DNA from: a virus
Lineage: Duplodnaviria > Caudoviricetes
IMG/VR virus record: IMGVR_UViG_3300033808_000067
Coordinates: 1-24,923 of that record
DNA length: 24,923 nucleotides
Direction: 5' to 3' (one strand)
The notes under the pieces were generated by a model, which saw only the letters and a list, made by a program, of their open reading frames with translations, was not told where the DNA came from and made no database searches. The stretch's first letter is position 1; every line of letters begins with the position of its first letter. This document shows positions 7,810-14,718 of this stretch, in pieces. Position numbers and translations under genes: made by a program.

Positions 7810-9183
7810 CAGTTTTGTTACTCGGCCCCGGTTTGACCGGGCTACCGCGTTTCCGGGTAGCTCTGCATGTCTCCATGCAGCTCGGACTGTGTCACTATCT
7901 GATTACTGCGGACGGGATTCTTCCTTGCGTCGGCGTCCCGGCTTCCTGGGCTCAATGCCCAGGTGCTGCATAGCGTCCGTAACGGCGTGGACGCTGCACC
8001 CATACCGAGTGGCAAGCTGGCGCATGGTCTGACCGCTAGCGTACTGGTCGGGAAGGTCCGACCAGTCAATTGCTAGCCGCCGGTTGCTTTGTTCCGGATG
8101 CTCGCGCATCCAGTTCCCGTAGCACTTGGAGTCGCAGAACTTCTTCTTCGCGATGCGGGCGTTGTATGCATCCTTAGTGACCGGCTTGCCGCAGTGCCCG
8201 CAGGGCACGGTTTGCGGGCCGCCGTTCCAGTTTGGATTCTCAGCGCCCATCATCCCGGTGCGAATGTCCGCAACGGGATTTACATCTCGGACGAGGCCGC
8301 ATTCCCGGACCACCTTGCCGATGCATCCGGGAGCATCCCTGTTGATGTCAGCGCCGGTGAACCGGTAGACCGTGTATCCGGCCGCGGTGAGATTGGCGTC
8401 CCGTTCAGCATCCTGCTGTTTACGCAGATAGTGATGGGCGCCGTCTGCCTCGATGACAACCGGGGCCTGCTGAAGAAGAACATCTACGCAGTACCGGCCC
8501 AGCAGGACTCGCTGTGTCGAGAAGCTGATGCCGGCCTGAATGAGTGCTGCCTGGAGGAAACGTTCAAGGGGCGAGTTGGCTGACGGGCCTGTCATGGTCG
8601 GCAGGCGCTTGAGCAGCTTCGCTCTCGCATTCGCTCGGTACTCGGGCGTCGTTATCGCGGCCCGATGGTTCTGACGCCGTTCCGGGGTCCATGCTTCCCT
8701 AGTTGAGCCCCCGCGGTCGCGTGCGGTCACGCCGAGCCGCCGCATGGCGTTCTGGATGGCGTGAATGCTGCAATCGTAGTGGCTAGCCAGCTGCTCGAAG
8801 GTGAGCCCGCTAGCGTACAGGGCGGGAAGCTCGGACCAGTCGATCGCTAGTGATCGGCCTTCCGGCTGCGGGTTGATACCTTGCCGTTTCGCCTGCCAGG
8901 CAACGGTAGCCTTGCTAGCCCCGTATTCACGGGCAACGGCAGTGTACGAGCCAAGGCGTTCGTAGTCCGCCTTGAGGTTACTCCAGTCCATCAGATACCC
9001 CGCATACAGTCTCTACCGCCGGCTGGCTACGTGCCAGGCGACATCGGCGTTATCCACATAGCCACTATACCGGTTACATGAGCCGGTGCTCAGGCACGAC
9101 ACACCCGAACGCTAGTGCGAAGGACTTTCACCGAACAGCGGGGTTTGCTGCACGCCTCACGGCGTGAAGGCCCTAGCTAATCA
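7810..9183 (-). mobile_element. Group I self-splicing intron (1374 nt) in major capsid gene
   Basis: P1 with U.G at the 5' splice site; P2 CACGCC-GUGA-GGCGUG; P3 CCCCGC (9143-9138) / GCGGGG (9003-8998); P4 UCGGUG/CGCCGA; R UAGAGACUGU (9015-9006) and S GUGACACAGUCC (7895-7884) forming P7; P8 UAUCUGA/UCAGAUA; P9 CUGCAUG-GAGA-CAUGCAG; ends GUAACAAAACUG; removal restores the reading frame. Confidence 0.92.
7903..8991 (-). CDS. Intron-encoded putative homing endonuclease: Vsr/DUF559-like PD-(D/E)xK nuclease with three HTH repeats and a Zn finger (362 aa)
   Basis: 'SPLE...Q...GRYCVDVL...VVIEADGAHH...DAERDANL...GYTVYRF'; 'GAENPNWNGG'; 'CGHC...FCDSKC'; repeated 'DWSxL...Y...LA..Y.CS.HA...AM..LG'; located in the P8 loop. 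Confidence 0.85.
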   Translation of the reverse strand: MDWSNLKADYERLGSYTAVAREYGASKATVAWQAKRQGINPQPEGRSLAIDWSELPALYASGLTFEQLASHYDCSIHAIQNAMRRLGVTARDRGGSTREAWTPERRQNHRAAITTPEYRANARAKLLKRLPTMTGPSANSPLERFLQAALIQAGISFSTQRVLLGRYCVDVLLQQAPVVIEADGAHHYLRKQQDAERDANLTAAGYTVYRFTGADINRDAPGCIGKVVRECGLVRDVNPVADIRTGMMGAENPNWNGGPQTVPCGHCGKPVTKDAYNARIAKKKFCDSKCYGNWMREHPEQSNRRLAIDWSDLPDQYASGQTMRQLATRYGCSVHAVTDAMQHLGIEPRKPGRRRKEESRPQ

Positions 9184-9651
9184 AGGCGCGACGAGATCAA
9201 ATGGCACGAACCCGCTGGTCAGAGGGCTGGTAAGAGAAACCGACTTGCCGGTGATCTCAGACAGCTGGCTGTTCAGCTGGCCGACCAGGTTGGTCATTGC
9301 CTGGTTCTGCGGGGCGGCCTGCATGAACGCGCCGAACTGGCCGGCGAATTCGGGGGCCATGCCCTTGACCACGTCGCCAGGGTTTTCGATACCGTTCTTG
9401 ATCGCCCGGCGGAACGCGGATTCGGCCCGCATTGACCGTTTGAAGATCTGCTCGTCGTCGGCGAGGGGCTTGTTCCCGCCGGGCCGGCAGTATCCTGCGC
9501 CCTTGACGAGGGTCGGCATCTTATCGGAGAGCATCCGGTCTGGTGCTTCGTACCGGGATGCGTCAGCGTCGGCATACCATGCCGGGTTCGCGTCGGCTCG
9601 TTCCAGTGCAGCCTGTGCGGCTGAACCGTAAGGCAGAACGTCTGTACTCAC
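9184..9651 (-). CDS. Major capsid protein, exon 1 (156 codons)
   Basis: GGAG SD and ATG at 9651; ends ...SGFVPFDLVAP exactly at the predicted 5' splice site; the TGA at 9183-9181 is the first intron triplet. Confidence 0.85.
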
Positions 9652-9684
9652 ATGACTCCAAGAGAATGATTCGAAAATTTGAGG

Positions 9685-12600
9685 TCAGATGCCCGGTGCC
9701 GTCTGTGTCGGCGTGAGCATCTTGTCCAATGTGGCTAGGGCGGCCTCACGGACGCCGGGGTCAGGGGATTTGGCTAGGGCCTCGACGTAGGCCCGATACT
9801 GGGCTTGCTCGGCTTCGGCCATTTTTCGGACATGATCGGCATGTTCGTCTATCAGGGAACGGCGTTCCACGGGAACAGCCGTTTCTGCTGGCATTCTGGC
9901 CAGGGCGCCCCGGACGGGGGCCATCGCCGGGTCAGGCCGGGAACCGATTTCGTCTATCTGCTTGCGCAGTTCGGTGATCTGAGTTTCGTGAGCTTCCACC
10001 AGGGGGGTGAACTGCTCGGTCAGGAGTGCTTTCAGTTCGGCGGCGGTCAGCCCCGGCTGGACCGGGACCGCGGTTGTCTCGGCGGGGGGCGCATGCCGTT
10101 CGACTATGTCCAGGCCGAGACGGGCGGCGGCTTTCTCGATCCGCTTTCGTGTCATCACTGGCTTCACTGTGACTGGCATGCCTCCGCGGGCATTATGCCG
10201 GCGGATCGCGTCTGCGATGACGCCTTGCATTTCGGCTAGTGACATGACGTCCGGCTCAGTGGTTTTGCCGGCTGCGGGAATGCCGCCCTGGCTGGTGACG
10301 GTAACCGGCTGCGGGACGTTAGCCGCGCCGAGGTCGGGGGGGATGACGGACTTGGATGCGGCCATCGGGCACAGGTCGGGGAATGATCCGGCGATGTGGT
10401 CGTGCATGGCCTGCAATGCTGCTTTAGCGTTGTCACGCTGCTGGTTTGTGTAGTAGGTGCGGACCGCGCCGGTTCTGGGGGGGATAGGGAAGTTGTCTTC
10501 CTTGTTCGCCGGGGAATCCGCTTCATGGCCGTCTGTGATCAGCGGCCGGTGGAATTGTTCCGGTTCGGGTACTTTGCTTGACGGGGGAATGTTCGCGCTG
10601 CCGTTCCGTTCCGCCGTCTCGGCGGCATGCCCGGCAGTCAGGTACGGCCGCTGATAGGAGCCTGGCCTGATCCCGGACTGCGGGGTGATATTCAGGGTCG
10701 GGTACATGTCGGTGAATGCTTTGCGGAGCAGTCCGAGACCGTCCGCGATTGCAGCCGGGTCAGCATCCTTCACATACTGGGCGTCAGCGACCAGGCCGGC
10801 CAGGTATGCGGCTTCGGCGGCTTTCCCTGCTGCGGCGACGGCTGCGGCCTGGTCAGCGAACCAGGCGACATCTACCGCATCGGAAAATGATTTGAGCGAT
10901 GGGTATCCGGCGAGAGTTTCAGCCGGGTCGTAGGCGGCGCAAGTGAGGTCATGCAGGCGGCCGATGCGGTACGGGGCGCTGTCGTCTGTCTTGGTGCGGG
11001 GTTTCCCGGCGGGCGGCGGCCCGGTGTGGTCGTGGCTGGATACGGAGACGGGTATCTTGTCGGGAGTGCGGTCCGGGTCGGTGGGCAGCCCGGCGTCCGG
11101 TTCGAAGTCTTCGACGGTGGACGTGCCGTCTGGTTCCCGGTGCGGCCGGGCCGGTGCGACGTCGGCGGGCAGCTGCCGCTTTTTCTTGGCTTTGACCGCT
11201 GATTCGGCGGCTGCGGTGGCGATGATCTCGTCGGCGGCTTCGCGGGTGATCAGTCCGGCTTCAACGGTCTTGGTGACCGTGTCGGCTAGCGCGGCGAGCG
11301 CGGCTTCCCGTCTGGCTGTCTTGGCTGCCTTCCGGGCAGTCTTGCTGTCGGGGCTGGCCTCAGCTGCATCCGCATCCGCGGCGAGGGCGGGGGTGTCGGT
11401 CTTGGCAGTCATCTTCCCGGTGCCGTTACAATCCGGGCAGGTCCGGTTGTTGCCCATGATCTTGCCGTCGCCGTGGCAGGTGCCGCACGGCTTCCCGTCA
11501 CTGCTACTGCTGCTTTCGCCGTCTGTTTTCTTGACGGCGTCGGATTCTTTAAGCGGGTTCGGGACGCCGAGTTCTTTTGCCCGCCGGGAGATCAGCCGCC
11601 TGGCCGCAGCGACATTCCCGTGCCCGGATCTGGCTAGCACTGCGGCACGCCGCAGAGCGTCCGCGTCAGGGATCGGGTAACTGCCGTCCGGAAGCGAGTT
11701 GCCCTGGTGGGCAAGCTGCCGGCGGCGTTCAGCGGAGAAAAATCGTTTGTCTGCGACGTCGAGTGTTTTTAGGAGCGCTGTCTCGGCGGCGTCTGCTGCC
11801 TCGGCTTTCGCCAGCAGGTCGTCGTCGGCGCGCTTGGCCAGCCACCGTTCAGCGCCTTCCCGTGTCCCGGCCAGGCCTTCCGCGTCGCCTTCAGCCTGCC
11901 ATCGCATCCAGTCAGCGCGCTTGGCCAGGTATTCGGTGCCATGGGCGATGCCTTTGACGGTGGGCTCACAGGACAGCCATTGCGTCCTGGCGGCCTTGTA
12001 GGCCGCGCGGGTTTCATTGTCGGCGGCGGCGATCAGGTCAGCGGCGCCGGGTTCCTCCGTTTTTGACGCCGCATCGTCGTCATTGTCGTCATCACCGTCG
12101 TCGTCGTCATCGTCACTGTCATTGTCATCATCGGCGTCGCCGCTATCACTGGCAGCCTGGCTAGCATCATCCGCGGCCGGGCCGGATCCGTTACTGCTGG
12201 CCTTGACGAGCAGATCCTCCTCATCGGCGATCTTCGCGATCCAGTCCGGGTCGCCGACGAGCTCGCCGACAAGTTCCACGCTGTCCCCGGCGGCCTTGGC
12301 GATGACAAGCTGACAGTTTTTGTTCGCAGGCCGGTCCACCAGTGACAGCTCAGCCAGATGACCGCCTGTGACGATACCGCCGCGGGCTTTCCCGCTAGGG
12401 TCACGCATGACAACCGGCCGGGCAATGCCCACCGAGTAACTGGTCAGCACACCTTTCTCGACGAGCCGTTTGGCTACCGGCTCGACGACTAGTGACTTGA
12501 CCCAGTGGCCGCCGTCGCCGTCCTTGTCGATTTCGACAGACAGGCCCTTGCCAGCGGGGTCGCGCATGGCCTGATGCTGGACGCGGACATTGCCGCCGCT

Positions 12601-12777
12601 GTCCAGCCAGTCGGTGAGCGCTTTCGCGGACCAGGCCGGGTCGACTATCTGCTCGTCTGAGTCAACAGACCCGTCCGTGGCTTTCCCGACGACAATCAGG
12701 TCCCCGTCATCTGTCTTATCCCACTTGGTGATAGGGAAGGACAGGAACGTCAGCTCGTCACGTATGGCTGTAGCCAC
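9685..12777 (-). CDS. Prohead maturation protease (HK97-type) with long scaffold-like extension (1030 aa)
   Basis: N-terminal 'VDSDEQIVD', 'VRVQH', 'TSYSVG', 'ELSLVDRPAN'; acidic tract; CxxCxGxG pair; coiled-coil-like C-terminus; GGAGG SD; directly upstream of capsid. Confidence 0.85.
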   Translation of the reverse strand: MATAIRDELTFLSFPITKWDKTDDGDLIVVGKATDGSVDSDEQIVDPAWSAKALTDWLDSGGNVRVQHQAMRDPAGKGLSVEIDKDGDGGHWVKSLVVEPVAKRLVEKGVLTSYSVGIARPVVMRDPSGKARGGIVTGGHLAELSLVDRPANKNCQLVIAKAAGDSVELVGELVGDPDWIAKIADEEDLLVKASSNGSGPAADDASQAASDSGDADDDNDSDDDDDDGDDDNDDDAASKTEEPGAADLIAAADNETRAAYKAARTQWLSCEPTVKGIAHGTEYLAKRADWMRWQAEGDAEGLAGTREGAERWLAKRADDDLLAKAEAADAAETALLKTLDVADKRFFSAERRRQLAHQGNSLPDGSYPIPDADALRRAAVLARSGHGNVAAARRLISRRAKELGVPNPLKESDAVKKTDGESSSSSDGKPCGTCHGDGKIMGNNRTCPDCNGTGKMTAKTDTPALAADADAAEASPDSKTARKAAKTARREAALAALADTVTKTVEAGLITREAADEIIATAAAESAVKAKKKRQLPADVAPARPHREPDGTSTVEDFEPDAGLPTDPDRTPDKIPVSVSSHDHTGPPPAGKPRTKTDDSAPYRIGRLHDLTCAAYDPAETLAGYPSLKSFSDAVDVAWFADQAAAVAAAGKAAEAAYLAGLVADAQYVKDADPAAIADGLGLLRKAFTDMYPTLNITPQSGIRPGSYQRPYLTAGHAAETAERNGSANIPPSSKVPEPEQFHRPLITDGHEADSPANKEDNFPIPPRTGAVRTYYTNQQRDNAKAALQAMHDHIAGSFPDLCPMAASKSVIPPDLGAANVPQPVTVTSQGGIPAAGKTTEPDVMSLAEMQGVIADAIRRHNARGGMPVTVKPVMTRKRIEKAAARLGLDIVERHAPPAETTAVPVQPGLTAAELKALLTEQFTPLVEAHETQITELRKQIDEIGSRPDPAMAPVRGALARMPAETAVPVERRSLIDEHADHVRKMAEAEQAQYRAYVEALAKSPDPGVREAALATLDKMLTPTQTAPGI

Positions 12778-12810
12778 ATGCCTCCGGGTTGTCTAGTAGT
12801 TTCGGGCATT

Positions 12811-12836
12811 AAAAAGCCCCCCGGAGGACCGAGAGG
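12811..12836 (-). terminator. Intrinsic terminator-like hairpin upstream of protease gene
   Basis: Minus strand CCTCTCGG-TCCT-CCGGGGGG followed by CTTTTT. Confidence 0.55.
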
Positions 12837-12871
12837 AATTACGGAAATCTGGACGGCCGATATCGGCGGTT

Positions 12872-13231
12872 TTAAGGTTCCCCAGGTGCCCGGGCCCGGA
12901 AGTCCTCGTCAGCCTGATGTACGGCACTGTTCATCAGCCGGTGAACTTGCCGGCGGGAAGACCGCCACCCGGTCAGGACCACGATGTCGTCGCCGGGAAC
13001 AGCGCGGACAAGATAGTACGCCCAGCCGCCTTCATACGCGGTGGATAGCATTGCCGTGCCGCAGCTGGATTTCGCCAGGGCGCATGCGGCCCGAACACGT
13101 TCGGAGTCTTCAGGGAACAAGCCGGTAATGTCCGTGTCGTCCTGGCAGCGGCGGCGGCCGCGCGAATAGCCGACGGTGCCCCAGATGATGAGACCGGCAG
13201 CGGCGTAGACCAGTAGCAGCAACCAGACCAT
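12872..13231 (-). CDS. Hypothetical membrane-anchored protein (119 aa)
   Basis: Hydrophobic N-terminal helix followed by a basic stretch; purine-rich SD. Confidence 0.6.
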   Translation of the reverse strand: MVWLLLLVYAAAGLIIWGTVGYSRGRRRCQDDTDITGLFPEDSERVRAACALAKSSCGTAMLSTAYEGGWAYYLVRAVPGDDIVVLTGWRSSRRQVHRLMNSAVHQADEDFRARAPGEP

Positions 13232-13266
13232 CAGTTTGCCTGCCCCCCCGTCAACCTGTCATCCGA

Positions 13267-13635
13267 TCAGCGTTCCCTGCGCCTGGCAGCAGCAGCCTCG
13301 GCCTCGGCCGGGTGGGCCCGGGCCCAGCGTTCCCGCCAGTCAGCAGGATGCACGACGACCCACTGCCATCGGCTGCCGAAAACCGACTGCTTCCGATCCC
13401 ATGCCTGCCCGCGGATGAGGTGCGGACGACAGCGGACAGGCTTGATGCCCTGGCTGGTTTCGCGGAGGACATGCCAGCTGAGAAACCCGATCATGTAGTT
13501 GCGTTTCGGTCCCCATCGGACACCCAGGCATATCCCGTAGGGCCAGTACACATTCCAGTCGGCATGGGCCCAGACCCAGCGGCTGGTTAACTGCCAGCAG
13601 GGTGAGCCTCCGTGGTTACTGCGGGTGAATGGCAT
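13267..13635 (-). CDS. Hypothetical Trp-rich protein (122 aa)
   Basis: Fills the gap on the coding strand; no recognisable motif. Confidence 0.45.
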   Translation of the reverse strand: MPFTRSNHGGSPCWQLTSRWVWAHADWNVYWPYGICLGVRWGPKRNYMIGFLSWHVLRETSQGIKPVRCRPHLIRGQAWDRKQSVFGSRWQWVVVHPADWRERWARAHPAEAEAAAARRRER

Positions 13636-13694
13636 TTGGCGGTTCCCGCTATCGCGCGGGACAGGCGATGAGAAACAGGTATGAAGCCTTGAGG

Positions 13695-14480
13695 CTAGCA
13701 GCCGGGCGGCGTGAGTCCCAGCCAGGTGCGGGCTTCCTGCCAGTCAGCGAACACTCTCGTGTATGCACGGCTGGTTGACGGCACGTACGGGCGGGCGGGC
13801 AGCCACACTTCGATGCCGGGGGATGCGACTGTCAGCCGGGTCACCGGGTTGTCGTCGATCAGGATTGCCGGGTTCCCCGGCCCGTACCGGGCTGTCAGAT
13901 AGGCGGGCTTGTTCCCGGAGCCGACCGCGGTCACCTGCGGCAGCGGGCAGACACCCCAGTCCTGCAGCCATTGCAATGTGAGAGGCCCATGCTGGACGGG
14001 ACGTTCAGTGACGATCCTGGACGGATACCCGGCGGTGATGGCGGCGGTCATCGTGTCGGCTGCATGCCAGTCGGGGGCCATGTTCGCGGCGAGGGTGAAT
14101 CCGGTCAGCTGGTTGATCAGCCATGCTGCCTGGTCGGCTGGCAGCTTGCCGGGGATGAGCTTGCCGGGAAAGAACTGCTGGGTGAGCGCTTTGTAAGCGG
14201 TGTAATAGCGGGCGTTCAGCACGGCACAGAGTGCTTCTGCGGTGAACGCGAGGATGCCGTCCACATCCCATATGAGAGTCGGCCGGCCGGTATGCACGGC
14301 AGGCGAGGTGCCCGGCGGCGAGGGGGGGATGGCGGCGGTCAGTGTCCGGGGAATGTTCCAGGCAGCTTCGGTGACGGTGATGCCGGCTGCGAAGGCAGCG
14401 TCTTGCAGGTCGGCGAGCACCAGGTTGGCGGCGCTTCCGTGCCGGTCGGCGGGTCTGAGGCAACCGCAGGTAAGACAGAT
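13695..14480 (-). CDS. HAD-superfamily phosphatase (5'-nucleotidase-like) with N-terminal CxxCxC...H domain
   Basis: HAD motif I 'LIWDVDGIL', 'IVTER', 'NKP' and motif IV 'LIDDNP'; the frame extends upstream of 14420 as ICLTCGCLRPADRHG after a GGGGGTG SD. Confidence 0.75.
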   Translation of the reverse strand: MCLTCGCLRPADRHGSAANLVLADLQDAAFAAGITVTEAAWNIPRTLTAAIPPSPPGTSPAVHTGRPTLIWDVDGILAFTAEALCAVLNARYYTAYKALTQQFFPGKLIPGKLPADQAAWLINQLTGFTLAANMAPDWHAADTMTAAITAGYPSRIVTERPVQHGPLTLQWLQDWGVCPLPQVTAVGSGNKPAYLTARYGPGNPAILIDDNPVTRLTVASPGIEVWLPARPYVPSTSRAYTRVFADWQEARTWLGLTPPGC

Positions 14481-14496
14481 GCGGTCACCCCCGTGG

Positions 14497-14718
14497 CTAG
14501 TCGAGCTGGCCGCTGTCAGGCTGGGCTGCGCACCATTCGAGGCGGGCTGTTTCGACGGCGGGCCGAGTGATAATGTACAGGGCTTCGGTGCGGGTAAAGC
14601 CGGCTTCGCGGAGGCTGGTGAACCACTCGTGCTGGGCGACGCAGGCGATGCCGATGAACCCGAAACCAGCCGGCAAATCCACGTACCACTCCTTACCGCA
14701 GTGCGGGCTGCAATTCAC
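14497..14718 (-). CDS. Small hypothetical protein (true start may be an internal GTG)
   Basis: 'AQHEWFTSLREAGFTRTEALYII' resembles a recurrent small actinophage protein pattern; adjacent to portal stop. Confidence 0.6.
   Translation of the reverse strand: MNCSPHCGKEWYVDLPAGFGFIGIACVAQHEWFTSLREAGFTRTEALYIITRPAVETARLEWCAAQPDSGQLD

Noticed and set aside
7810-9183. Intein, group II intron or IS element as the explanation for the insertion
   Set aside because: Stop codons flank the internal ORF; no Cys...His-Asn intein ends, reverse transcriptase, GUGCG start or terminal inverted repeats; group I core elements are present
9181-9651. Stand-alone 156-aa scaffold gene
   Set aside because: Its end coincides with a group I 5' splice site and it joins in frame to the capsid ORF
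12060-12140. (GTC/ATC)n repeat as a tandem repeat or CRISPR-like array
   Set aside because: It encodes the poly-Asp tract of the protease; no repeat-spacer periodicity was seen anywhere in the window
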